Shown here in pieces: positions 18,963 to 31,164 of a stretch of DNA of 64,000 bases. The stretch comes from an uncultured Verrucomicrobiae bacterium. GTDB lineage: Bacteria; Verrucomicrobiota; Verrucomicrobiia; Chthoniobacterales; JAATET01. The notes under the pieces are model-generated. The model saw only the letters and a list, made by a program, of their open reading frames with translations, was not told where the DNA came from and did not search any database. The position numbers and the translations under genes were made by a program. Each line of letters starts with the position of its first letter. The first letter of the stretch is position 1. Where the stretch lies: assembly GCA_963719495.1 (NCBI GenBank), contig CAVRCI010000002.1:320001-384000 (forward strand), written 5' to 3'.

Positions 18963-20765
18963 CTATTGGCGGGTCGAGATGAGGGTGGAGCCGGGGGGGA
19001 GGCTCGTCAGATCGGTTTTGGGTGGGTTGGCCAGGATGGGTTTCCAGTCGCCGGGGGGGATCGGGATCGGCTGGGCTTCGTTGGCGAAGTTGCAGGCGAT
19101 GAGGAGCTTGCCGCGGCGGAGGGTGAGCCAGCGCTGGTCTTCGTCGAATTCGACCTCGGCGGCGATGTCTTCGTTCTCGCCGTCGAGTTGCTCGCGGCGG
19201 ATGCGGATGAGGTCTTTGTGCCAGGCGAGGAGGGCGGCGTGGGGTTCCTTTTCGATCTCGGCCCAGTCGAGTTTCGAGCGCTCGAAGGTGGCGGGGTCCT
19301 GAGGATCGGGGACGTCTTCGCTGTGGCTCTTGAACGCTCCGAACTCGCGGCGGCGGCCTTCGGTGACGAGGCGGCCGAGTTCTTTGTCGGGGTGGTCGGT
19401 GAAGTATTGGAACGGGGTGGAGGCTCCCCATTCCTCGCCTTGGAAGAGCATGGGAACGAAGGGGCTGAGGAGGAGGAGCGCGGCGATCTGGCGGAGGGCG
19501 TTGTCGTCGACGAGGGCGGGGAGGCGTTCGCCGAGGGCGCGGTTGCCGATCTGGTCGTGATTCTGCGCGCTGACGATGAGCTGGGACGGGAGGATGTCGG
19601 TGGGCGGGCGACCGTGGCTGCGCTGGCGGAAGGGGGACCACTGGCCGTCGAAGACGTAGGCTTGCTCAAGGGCTTTGGCGACGTCGGCGAGTTTGCCGTA
19701 GTCGACGTAGTAGCCGTCGAGTTCGCCGGTGAAGAACGCGTGGAGGGCGTGGTGGAAGTCGTCGCACCAGTGGGCGTCGAGGCCGTAGCCGCCGGCGGCG
19801 GTCGGGCGGACGTAGCGGGGATCGTTGAGGTCGCACTCGGCGATGAGGACGACTTCGCGGCCGGAGACGGCTTCGAACTCCGTGACGCGTTCGGCCATTT
19901 CCTCGAAGAGATTGACGGCGGATTTGTCGGTGATGGCGTGGACGGCGTCGAGGCGGAGGCCGTCGAAGTGGTAGTCGCGCAGCCACATGAGGGCGTTGTC
20001 GATGAAGAAGGCGCGGACGTCGTTGCTGCCGGCTTCGTCGACGTTCACGGCGGATCCCCACGGGGTGTGGTAGTGGTCGGTGAAGTAGGGGCCGTAGGCT
20101 CCGAGGTAGTTGCCGTCGGGACCGAGGTGGTTGTAGACGACGTCGAGGATGACGGCGAGGCTGTGGTCGTGGGCGGCGGCGATGAAGTCTTTGAGTTCGT
20201 CGGGGGTGCCGTGGGCGGGGTGGGGGGCGTAGAGCGCGACGCCGTCGTAGCCCCAGCCGTGGTGGCCGGGGTAGCTGGCGATGGGGAGGAGTTCGAGGTG
20301 GGTGACGCCGAGGTCGGCGAGGTAGGGGAGCTTGGTCGTGGCGGCGGCGTAGGTGCCTTCGGGGGTGAAGGTGCCGAGGTGGATCTCGGTGAGGACGGTG
20401 GACGCGAGGGGCTTGGGGGTGAAGGCGTGGTCGTGCCAGGTGTAGGCGGCGTGGTCGACGGTGGCGGAGGCGGCGTGGACGCCGTCGGGCTGCCAGGGGC
20501 TGCGGGGGTCGGGGAAGGGTGGGCCGCCGTCGAGGGAGTAGGCGTAGCGGATGGGGGCGGTGGGGGCTTTGGCGTCCGGGATTTCGAAGGTGTGGTGGGC
20601 GTCGTTTGGGTGGGCTAGCGGGGGGGTGGATGCGGTTTGCGGCTTCGCCGGTTGGGACGGAGCTGGGGCGGGACGCCCCAGCTCGCACGCGGGACGCGTG
20701 CGCTCCCCAGCTCCGGTGATTAATTCAATGGTTTTGGCTTTGGGGGCCCAGACTTGGAATTTCAT
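18963..20765 (-). CDS. treZ: Malto-oligosyltrehalose trehalohydrolase
   Basis: FQVWAP, WGYDG, DVVYNHLGP, GLRLDAVHAI, QNHDQIGNR. Confidence 0.93.
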   Translation of the reverse strand: MKFQVWAPKAKTIELITGAGERTRPACELGRPAPAPSQPAKPQTASTPPLAHPNDAHHTFEIPDAKAPTAPIRYAYSLDGGPPFPDPRSPWQPDGVHAASATVDHAAYTWHDHAFTPKPLASTVLTEIHLGTFTPEGTYAAATTKLPYLADLGVTHLELLPIASYPGHHGWGYDGVALYAPHPAHGTPDELKDFIAAAHDHSLAVILDVVYNHLGPDGNYLGAYGPYFTDHYHTPWGSAVNVDEAGSNDVRAFFIDNALMWLRDYHFDGLRLDAVHAITDKSAVNLFEEMAERVTEFEAVSGREVVLIAECDLNDPRYVRPTAAGGYGLDAHWCDDFHHALHAFFTGELDGYYVDYGKLADVAKALEQAYVFDGQWSPFRQRSHGRPPTDILPSQLIVSAQNHDQIGNRALGERLPALVDDNALRQIAALLLLSPFVPMLFQGEEWGASTPFQYFTDHPDKELGRLVTEGRRREFGAFKSHSEDVPDPQDPATFERSKLDWAEIEKEPHAALLAWHKDLIRIRREQLDGENEDIAAEVEFDEDQRWLTLRRGKLLIACNFANEAQPIPIPPGDWKPILANPPKTDLTSLPPGSTLISTRQ

Positions 20766-20771
20766 CGTCTT

Positions 20772-23373
20772 TTATTCGGCTCTTACTAGGAGCGCTGTTG
20801 GGAAGGATTTGAACATTTCGGCGGGGCTGACCTCTCCGGTGAACGTCTGGCCGGAGAAGGCGTTGGTCCAATTGCCCTGCGGGAGGGTGACGACGGTGTC
20901 GGCCCAGTCGTCCTGGACGGAGAGGGTGAAGCGGGGGACGACGACGACGACGTCGTCGCCGCGCTGGTAGGTGACGATGTGGCCGAGGCGAGAGCCGCGG
21001 GCGCTGCGGGGCTGGTAGACGGCGGTGTCGTCGAAGCAGTGCGGGTGACTCGCTCGGATGGCGAGAGTTTTGCGGGTCATCCAGAGCTTGGGGAGGCCGC
21101 TGTCCCATTCCTGCATGGCCGTGGGACCGTCGAGGGTGTCGACGCGGGCGAGCATGGTGGCGCGGGCTTCGAAATCGACGGGGCGGCGGTTGTCGGGGTC
21201 GACGAGACTCAAGTCCCAGAGTTCGGTGCCCTGATAGAAGTCCGGCAGGCCGGGGGCGGTCATTTTGATGAGGGTCTGCGAGAGGCCGTTGATGCGGCCG
21301 GGTTCGATGAGGGGGTCGACGAATTCTTCGAGCGAGGTGACGAAGTCGGCGTTGTCGAGGATCGCGTAGGTGAAGTCGCGGATGCTGTCCTCGTAAGCGG
21401 CGTTGGGTTCGTGCCAGGTGGTCTCGATCTTGGCTTCGCGGCAGGCCTTGAGCATGTAGCCCCAGGCGCGGTCGCCGGTGATCGGCCAGGCTCCGATGAG
21501 GGTCTGATAGAGGAGGTATTCGGCGTGGCGGTCGGGCGTGCGGCCCATCCAGGCGGGCTGGTTGAGCTCCGACCAAGCGTTGAGCGCGGCGGACCAACGC
21601 TCGGGCGACTCGGTCATGACGTCGATGCGGGCGCGGACGTCCTCGGAGCGTTTGTTGTCGTGGGTCGACGTCGCGAGGAGGTTGTGCGGCCAGTTGACGT
21701 GGAGCTTGGAGCAGAATTGGTGGAAGCTCTCGGTGCTGATGCCGAAGGCGGAGGGTTGGGACCCGACTTCGTTGCAGGAGACGAGGCGGTCGTAGCAGTA
21801 GAAGGTGGTGTCCTCGGCGCCCTTGGCCATGACGGCGGGGGCGACCTGTTGCCAGCGGCCGATGAATTCGTCCTCGAGGTCGCCTTCGAGTTCGTTGGTG
21901 AGGAGGTCCTCCAAAAATTGGAAGACCTCGGGTTCGATGCCGGTGGCCTGGGCGCGGGCCTGGGCGACGGCGTCTTCGATGATTTTTTCGTCGATGGGGC
22001 CGGCGGGTTTGGTCTCGGGTGTGAGGTAGGTGCGGTAGACGGGGAGGGCTACGGTCAGCAGCTTGATCGCTTCACGCATCTGGGCGCGGGAGAGGTCGTG
22101 AGTGCGCCAGCGAGATTGGGCAACGTGGAGGGCGAGCGTGGTGAGGCGCTCGAGGTCGGCGCGGAAGTGTCCATCGACGATCTCGAGTTTTTTCTCGCGG
22201 ACGAGGGCCGGGTAGTTCACCGGATGGCCGGTGAAATCGGCGTAGGCGGCGGTGAAGGCGTCGGCTTTGTGCTCGTCCATCCAGAGACGATTCACCTTGC
22301 TGAGAAATCCGTAGCCGACGGTGCCGTCGATGGGCCAATCGGCGGGGAGTTCTTCTTCGGCGTCGAGGATCTTCTCGGCGTAGATGCGGCCTTCGGGGAG
22401 GAGCTGACGGAGGTCGCGGAAGTAGCCGCGGGGGTCGTGGAGGCCGTCGGGGTGGTCGACGCGGAGGCCGTCGACGTCCCCGTCGGCGATCATTTGCGCG
22501 ATGCGGGCGTGGGCGGCTTCAAAGACGCGGGGTTCTTCGACGCGGAGGCCGATGAGGGTGCCGATGTTGAAGAAGCGGCGGTAGTTCACGATCTCGCCTT
22601 CGAGTTTCCACCAGCAGAGCCGGTAGTATTGGTGCTCGATGACCTTGTGCAGGCGGTCGGGGTCGGCGGCGAGGGCGTCGCAGGTTTTCTGGATGGTGGC
22701 GCGCTGGGAGTCATCGGCGAGGCGGTCGCGGAGGGCGGCGGTGAGCTTCTCGGAGGTCTCGCGGTAGGTCGCGATGGTCTCGGAGGACGGGGCGCGGTCG
22801 AGGCGGATGGATTCGAGGAGTTCGACCTGGTCGAGGAGCGCGCCGTCGACGAAGGGACGCCAGGAGGCGGGACCGAGCGGCCAGGAGTTGTCGAAGTAGC
22901 GCAGTCGCGGGAGGCCGGACTCGAGGTCGATCGTGAATTGATTCTTCTCGAGGACGCTGCCGTAGGGTTCGCCGAGGGTGCAGATCGAGATGAGCCAGCG
23001 GTTCGAAATCGCGAACGGCATGACGTCGAAGGTGTCGGCCTCGGGGCTGAACGGGCCGTGACGGAGGACATCGTCCCACCACGGGTTGGCCGTGGAGGTG
23101 GTCATGTGGTTCGGCACGATGTCGACCATCACCTTCAGGCCGATGGCCTTGACGGCGTCCTGGAAGGACCGCCAGGCGGGTTCGCCGCCGATGAATTCGC
23201 TGATGACGGACGGGTCGGCGACGTCGTAGCCGTGGTCGCTGCCGGGCGCGGCCTGGAGGACGGGCGAGAGGTAGACGTGGCTGATGCCGAGGTCGCGGAG
23301 GTAGGGCAGGATGGCCTCGGCGGCGGAGAGGGGGAATCCGGCGTGAAGCTGCAGGCGGTAGGTGGCGGTCCAG

Positions 23374-23384
<11 letters not shown>
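20772..23384 (-). CDS. treY: Malto-oligosyltrehalose synthase
   Basis: ATYRLQL, GSDHGYDV, GLRVDHPDGL, STHDNKRSEDVR, LVDPDNRRPVDF. Confidence 0.96.
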
Positions 23385-25566
<2,182 letters not shown>

Positions 25567-25781
25567 TTTGGTTTTTGAAATTCTGAAATCGTCGGGCGGT
25601 CGGGGCGTTTACGGTCGAAAAATCAGGAGTTATCGCATGCCCCTGCCGAACTGCGCGGGTGGTTCGCGTCGATTACGCTTGGCCGGGGACGATAGACGAC
25701 TTCCGGAGCGCGGAAAGGAAAGTTTTGTTGCGCCCGGGGCGGGATTTCCAATGATGTCGCGATGACGACACGGCGGCGGCG

Positions 25782-26945
25782 ATGACCAAATTTCTCCACA
25801 CGGCGGATTGGCAAATCGGCAAGCCCTTCGCGGGCATCGCCGACGCGCACAACCGCGCGCTCGTGCAGCAGGAGCGGCTTGCGGTGATCGACCGGATCGG
25901 CGAGGCGGCCCGCGGGCACGGCGCGGAATTCATCCTGGTGGCCGGCGATCTCTTCGATTCTCCGACGCCGACGCGGGCGATGGTGTCGGCGACGTGCGCG
26001 GCGATCGGGCGGATCGGGTTGCCCGTGATCGCGATCCCGGGAAATCACGATCACGGCGGAGCGGGCGGGCCGTGGGAGCGGGAGTTTTTCGTGCAGGAAC
26101 GCGCCGAGCTCGCGCCGCGGCTGAGCATTTTGGCGGAGCCCGCGCCCTTCGTGATCGGCGGCGCTGTCATTTTCCCGTGTCCGCTGACGCGGCGGGCGGA
26201 GTCGGCGGACACGACCGCGTGGCTGCGCGACCCGGGCGTGCCCAGCGCGGCGGGTAAAGCGGTCCGAATCGTGCTGGCCCACGGGAGCACGCGGGGATTT
26301 GGCGGCGAGAGCGATGAAGACGAGAGCGTTTCGACCGCGACGAATCGGATCGATCTCGGGCGATTGGAAGCGGGGGAATTCGACTACGTCGCACTCGGGG
26401 ACTGGCACGGGACGAAGGAAGTCGGTGCGAAAGCGTGGTATTGCGGGACGCCCGAGCCGGATCGCTTTCCGAAGGGCGAGGCCAACCGCCCGGGCCACGC
26501 CCTCGCCGTCACCGTCGAGCGAGGCGGGGAGCCGGACGTGGCCGCGATCGCGACCGCGCGATTCGGGTGGCACCGGATCGAGCGGAATCTGGCGGACGAT
26601 GGCGCGGTCGACGCGCTCCGCGATGAGATCGATGTCCTCATGGGTCAGCGGACGCAGCGCGATCTGCTGCGGTTGGAAGTCGGCGGCACGCTCGGCATCG
26701 ACGCGACGACGCGGCTCGAAGCGCTCGTCGGGACGCTCGAGGCGCGGCTTTTGCGCGTGAAGTGGATCGATCAGACCACGCTCGCGCCGAGCGACGCCGA
26801 GATCGTGGCGCTCACCGAGCGAGCGGGTGACCCGTTGATCGCCCGGGTCGCGGGTGAGCTGGTCGCCCGCGCCGACGGGACGGACGAAGACGCGGCGGTG
26901 GCCCGCGTCGCGTTGCGGGAACTCCACGCGGCGGTCGGGCGATGA
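25782..26945 (+). CDS. SbcD/Mre11-family metallophosphoesterase nuclease
   Basis: HTADWQIG, AGDLFD, IPGNHD, AHGS, ALGDWH, YCGTPEPD. Confidence 0.9.
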   Translation: MTKFLHTADWQIGKPFAGIADAHNRALVQQERLAVIDRIGEAARGHGAEFILVAGDLFDSPTPTRAMVSATCAAIGRIGLPVIAIPGNHDHGGAGGPWEREFFVQERAELAPRLSILAEPAPFVIGGAVIFPCPLTRRAESADTTAWLRDPGVPSAAGKAVRIVLAHGSTRGFGGESDEDESVSTATNRIDLGRLEAGEFDYVALGDWHGTKEVGAKAWYCGTPEPDRFPKGEANRPGHALAVTVERGGEPDVAAIATARFGWHRIERNLADDGAVDALRDEIDVLMGQRTQRDLLRLEVGGTLGIDATTRLEALVGTLEARLLRVKWIDQTTLAPSDAEIVALTERAGDPLIARVAGELVARADGTDEDAAVARVALRELHAAVGR

Positions 26946-29614
26946 GATTGCGGACGCTGAGGGTGCGAAATTACCGCATTCACCGCGAGACCGTCGTCGA
27001 CTTCGACGCGAACCGCACGCTCATCGGCGGACCGAACGAAAGCGGGAAGAGCACACTCGTCGAAGCGTTGCACCGGGCGTTTTTTCTCAAAGCAAAAGGG
27101 AACACGGAATTCCACCGCGCGATGATCTCGGATCACGGCGGCAAGCCGGAGGTCGACGTCGTCTTCGAAGCGGGTGGCGTCGAATACGAACTCAAGAAGT
27201 GCTTCGGCACCACCGTGACGCTGGCGGCGGCGGGACGACCCGCGCTCTCCGGCGACGAAGCCGAGGCGAAGATCGCGGCGCTTGTCGCCATCGCGGAGCC
27301 CGTGAGTGGCCGGGCGGTGCTCGCGCAATGGGGGCACCTCTGGGTTTGGCAGGGGAGCGGCGGTGACGACCCGACCGGTGATGCCGCCGCGCAGAGCGCG
27401 CCGCTCATGCAGCGCCTGCGGGATATGGGGGGAGCGGCAGCGCTCCAGTCGGACTTCGATGCGGCTGTGGCGGCGGGGTTCGCCGCGAACGTGGAGCGAA
27501 TTTTCCGCAAGAACGGCGAAGCGAAAGCCGGCTCGGAGTGGGAAATTGCCGCAACGGAAGAGGCGGCTGGCCAGGTGCGGGTGGCCGCGGCTCGCGAGCG
27601 GCTCGACGCCTCGCTCGCGGCGGCGGACGACCTGGAACGTGCCTCGGTCGACTTGACCGCGGCCGAGCGAAGTCTTGGAGACCTCAAACGCGAGCGCGAA
27701 GCGACGGACGGCCGGGCGGTCCGAGTCGAAGGCCTTCGGCGAACGGAGGAAGCCGAGGGCCGCGCCGTCGCCGAAGCTGAGAAAGTAGCCAGCGCCTTCC
27801 GCGCCGAGGTCGAGCGGATCGAGGCATTGATCAGCGACCTCGAACGACGGGACGCCGCCCTCGCCCCGATGAACGCCGACGTCGAGCGCCTGCGCGCCGC
27901 GGCGACGCGCGCGCGGGAATCGGCGGGCGTGGCCGCGGCGCGAAGTGACGAAGCGGCCCGCAATCTCAAGTCGGCCCGCCAACGCCGCGACCACCTCGCC
28001 GCGTGCGTGGCGGTCGGGGAACGCACGGTGGCGGTCGCCGAGCTGGCCGCTCGATTTGCCGCCGTCGAAGCGTCCCAACAGCAGTTGCTCACCCTCCGCG
28101 GCGAACTCGCCCGATTGCCGCAAGTCGACGCCGCGCAGCTCGCCGCGCTGCGGACCGCCGCCGACGAGGTCACGCGATCGCAGGCCGCGTTGGCAGCCAT
28201 GGCCGCCGGTCTGGAAGTCGTGGCCTCGACCGAGCCGGTCGTCGTCGGCGGGAAAACTCTCGGGGCGGGCGAAGCGGTCGTCCTTTCGGAAGACACCGAG
28301 GTGAGCGTGGGCGGGACCCTGCGATTGAAAATCCGCCCCGGCGGCGGGACCAGCCTCGCCGAAGCGCGCCGGCGAGTCGCCGACCGAAACGCCGAATTCG
28401 AACGCTCGCTCGCCGCTCTCGGACTCCCGGACGTCGCCGCCGCGAACGAAGCCGCCGAAGCCAGGCGGACGCTGGCCGTCCGGATCGAATCGACCGAGGA
28501 CGCCCTGCGGGAGCGGCGCGCCGACGAGCTCCCTGCGAAGCTCGCCGCCGAGCGCGAAGCACTCGCCGCCGCCGAGGCCGACCGGGACCGGCGAAGCGCG
28601 GGTGGGGGGGCGCCACCGGAGCCAGCCGGGCTTCGGGACGAACTGACCGCCGCGGAGCGCGTGCTGGCGGAAGCGGAGGAAGCCGAAGCCAAGGCCCGAT
28701 CCACCCGCGACGCTGAGGAAAAGGCGTCCACCGAAGCCGAAACGCGCCTTGCGGGGCAGGCCGACGCGACCGAGCGCGACCGGCGCGGGGCGGCTGACGC
28801 GCGGGCGCAGCTCAAACTTCTCGAAGCGACCCACGGCGACGGACCGAGGCGAACGCAAACAACCCGCGGTCTGGCCGAGACGCGGAACCAGGCCGAGCGG
28901 GCGCTCGCCACGACGCGCTCGGCGTTGACCGAGCTCGACGCCGCCCACCTCGTCGGCGACCTCGCGCGACTCGCCCGCGCGGTCGAGACCACCCTGTCGG
29001 CCATCAACGACGCCCGCACCCGCATCGCGGTATCCGGCTCGCGACTGCGGTCCGACGGCAGCGAAGATCCCCGGGCGGATCTCGAAACCGCGCTGGCCCA
29101 GCAAGGGGCGGCGGAAGCCCACGCGCGGTCGACCCGGCGGCGAGCCGAAGCCATCCGGCTGCTGGACGCTCTCTTCACCGACGCCCAGCGATCCCTCGCG
29201 GACCGATTCACCCGACCGCTGGCGGAGACGATCACCGCTTACCTCGAATGCCTCTTCGGGGCGGGAGCGACCGCGTCGGTCGTCTTCCACGAAGGCGAAT
29301 TCTCGGGACTTCAGCTCACGCGGTCGGCGGCCGACGGCGGGACGTTCGCGTTCGAAACGCTCAGCGGGGGAGCCCGCGAACAATTCGCCGCAGCCGTGCG
29401 ACTGGCCGTCGCGGAGGTTCTCAGCGCCGACTTCGACGGCTGCCTGCCCGTGATTTTCGACGACGCCTTCGCTTACTCCGACCCCGGCCGCGAGCGATCC
29501 CTGCAACGCATGCTCGACCGGGCCGCCGAGCGTGGCCTCCAGATCATCGTCCTCACGTGCGACCCCGCTCCCTACGCGAGCCTGGGAGCGAAAGTCGTCG
29601 CGCTGCCCGCCTGA
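26942..29614 (+). CDS. SbcC/Rad50-like coiled-coil ATPase (YhaN-like)
   Basis: GPNESGKST, long coiled coil, LSGGAREQ, PVIFDDAF; ATGA overlap with the nuclease gene. Confidence 0.88.
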   Translation: MRLRTLRVRNYRIHRETVVDFDANRTLIGGPNESGKSTLVEALHRAFFLKAKGNTEFHRAMISDHGGKPEVDVVFEAGGVEYELKKCFGTTVTLAAAGRPALSGDEAEAKIAALVAIAEPVSGRAVLAQWGHLWVWQGSGGDDPTGDAAAQSAPLMQRLRDMGGAAALQSDFDAAVAAGFAANVERIFRKNGEAKAGSEWEIAATEEAAGQVRVAAARERLDASLAAADDLERASVDLTAAERSLGDLKREREATDGRAVRVEGLRRTEEAEGRAVAEAEKVASAFRAEVERIEALISDLERRDAALAPMNADVERLRAAATRARESAGVAAARSDEAARNLKSARQRRDHLAACVAVGERTVAVAELAARFAAVEASQQQLLTLRGELARLPQVDAAQLAALRTAADEVTRSQAALAAMAAGLEVVASTEPVVVGGKTLGAGEAVVLSEDTEVSVGGTLRLKIRPGGGTSLAEARRRVADRNAEFERSLAALGLPDVAAANEAAEARRTLAVRIESTEDALRERRADELPAKLAAEREALAAAEADRDRRSAGGGAPPEPAGLRDELTAAERVLAEAEEAEAKARSTRDAEEKASTEAETRLAGQADATERDRRGAADARAQLKLLEATHGDGPRRTQTTRGLAETRNQAERALATTRSALTELDAAHLVGDLARLARAVETTLSAINDARTRIAVSGSRLRSDGSEDPRADLETALAQQGAAEAHARSTRRRAEAIRLLDALFTDAQRSLADRFTRPLAETITAYLECLFGAGATASVVFHEGEFSGLQLTRSAADGGTFAFETLSGGAREQFAAAVRLAVAEVLSADFDGCLPVIFDDAFAYSDPGRERSLQRMLDRAAERGLQIIVLTCDPAPYASLGAKVVALPA

Positions 29615-29825
29615 CCTCCCTTCGATCGGGAAGGCGATTTCCGTCCGAAAGCCCCGTTCCGCCGGCTCCGGGATTCGGGGGAACGCGCCGGCCCGTTTCC
29701 CAACCGCCTCGCGCAGCGCGGCGACGACCACCTCCGAATTCCGCGCCGGGAGTCGAAAATGAGACTCGGGAGACCTTGTCGGAAGGTGTTGGCGTGGATT
29801 CGTAGTCCTGAAATATTCGCGAAAA

Positions 29826-30191
29826 ATGGGAAACGGATCGGATGATGGACGCTGCGTGGTTTGCGCGCTGCCTCTGCCCAAAAAATCGACCGACGGGATC
29901 TGCAGTCGACGGTGTGCCGGCCTGCGTCGGCGGGCGGAAGCGGTGACCGGTCCGGAGCGGGAGCGATGGAAGGTGGCGATTCTCGAACGGTTGGAGCGCC
30001 TGAAGAAGGGCGCGACGATGTGTCCCGGGGCGATGGCGCGCGAGCTCATGCCGGACGAACCTCACCCGCTTGCTTTGCTCAGACCATTGCTCTTCGAACT
30101 ACAGGAACAACGGCGGGTCAAGCTCAGCCAAGCCGGGCAGGCCGTCATCTGGCAGAAGGTCAGGGGACCGTTTCGCGTGCGGCTGCGCTGA
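29826..30191 (+). CDS. DUF3253-like protein with N-terminal CxxC..CSxxC zinc ribbon
   Basis: CVVC, CSRRC, TMCPGAMAR, VRGPFRVRL. Confidence 0.65.
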   Translation: MGNGSDDGRCVVCALPLPKKSTDGICSRRCAGLRRRAEAVTGPERERWKVAILERLERLKKGATMCPGAMARELMPDEPHPLALLRPLLFELQEQRRVKLSQAGQAVIWQKVRGPFRVRLR

Positions 30192-30344
30192 GGGGCTTCC
30201 GTCTTCGGGTGACGCCGCGGCGACGGTCTGTAAATGACGGTCCCGGTCGGGCTTCGTGGGTAGCGGCGTCTGCTTGTCGGGAGAGCTTTGGGGAGGTGGG
30301 TGGCTGCCTCGGAGAAGAAGTGGGAACGCGGCGGCGCGGCTTCC

Positions 30345-30917
30345 CTACCTTGGGACGAGGGTGGAAGGGGGGGCGTCCCAGAGATTGCGGGCGGTGAGGT
30401 ATTTTCGGAGGAGGACGAGGGTGGCCACGGCGTCGCAGAGGGCGTCGTGCCAGTGGAACGTGGGGATCAGGTCGAAGCATTCGGACTCGACGCCGAAGGT
30501 CGCCGCCAGACTGCCGAGGGCGTGGGATTCGGCGTGCGGGGCGGCTTCGCGGTAGAGGGTGAGGGTGTCGAGCCAGGGCTCGAAGCCGTGGAAGGGGAAG
30601 GCTCGGAGGAAGCGCTTCTCGGTGCCGGCTCCGTGGGCGACGACGACGCGGTCGCGGAGGCGGGTGCGGAATTCCGGCCAGAGGTCGAGCATTGTCGGGG
30701 CGTCGGCGATGTCTTCGTCGCTGATGCCGTGGACCTGGCGGGCGGTCCAGGCGACGGGGCGGTCGGTGCGGAGGTAGGAGGTGAAGAGGCCGTCGATGTG
30801 GCCGTTTTTCAGCTGGGCGATGCCGACCTGGATGGGGACGTCGGTCTGACCGCGGAGGACGCCGGCGCTCTCGAAATCGATGGCCGCGAAGGTGAGGTCG
30901 CGGATGGTGGTAGGCAT
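30345..30917 (-). CDS. DEDDh 3'-5' exonuclease (DnaQ-like)
   Basis: AIDFES, VHGI, VVAH, WHDALCDA. Confidence 0.88.
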   Translation of the reverse strand: MPTTIRDLTFAAIDFESAGVLRGQTDVPIQVGIAQLKNGHIDGLFTSYLRTDRPVAWTARQVHGISDEDIADAPTMLDLWPEFRTRLRDRVVVAHGAGTEKRFLRAFPFHGFEPWLDTLTLYREAAPHAESHALGSLAATFGVESECFDLIPTFHWHDALCDAVATLVLLRKYLTARNLWDAPPSTLVPR

Positions 30918-31016
30918 GTGGTTGGGGGTGGGTGGCGTGATCTAGCGGTTGCGCTTTTGATGCTGACTGGGCGCCGCGGCGGGTGGCTCAGGTGGCGAAG
31001 CCTTTCCCTAATTTGC

Positions 31017-31120
31017 TGTCATGTTGAGCGGAGCGAAACATCTCTGACTTCTCAGGATTCGGGGTCGAGATGGCGGTGAAGAGTGTGAGCCAGAGATTCT
31101 TCGCTTCGCTCAGAATGACA
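31017..31120. repeat. Inverted pair of family C palindromic repeats
   Basis: TGTCATGTTGAGCGGAGCGAAACATCTCT / AGAGATTCTTCGCTTCGCTCAGAATGACA; also pair at 41995-42088 and singles at 1732, 5791. Confidence 0.75.
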
Positions 31121-31164
31121 GGGTTGGGGGGCGCTCCGCGCTTCGGTGCGACGCTTGGTTTGGA

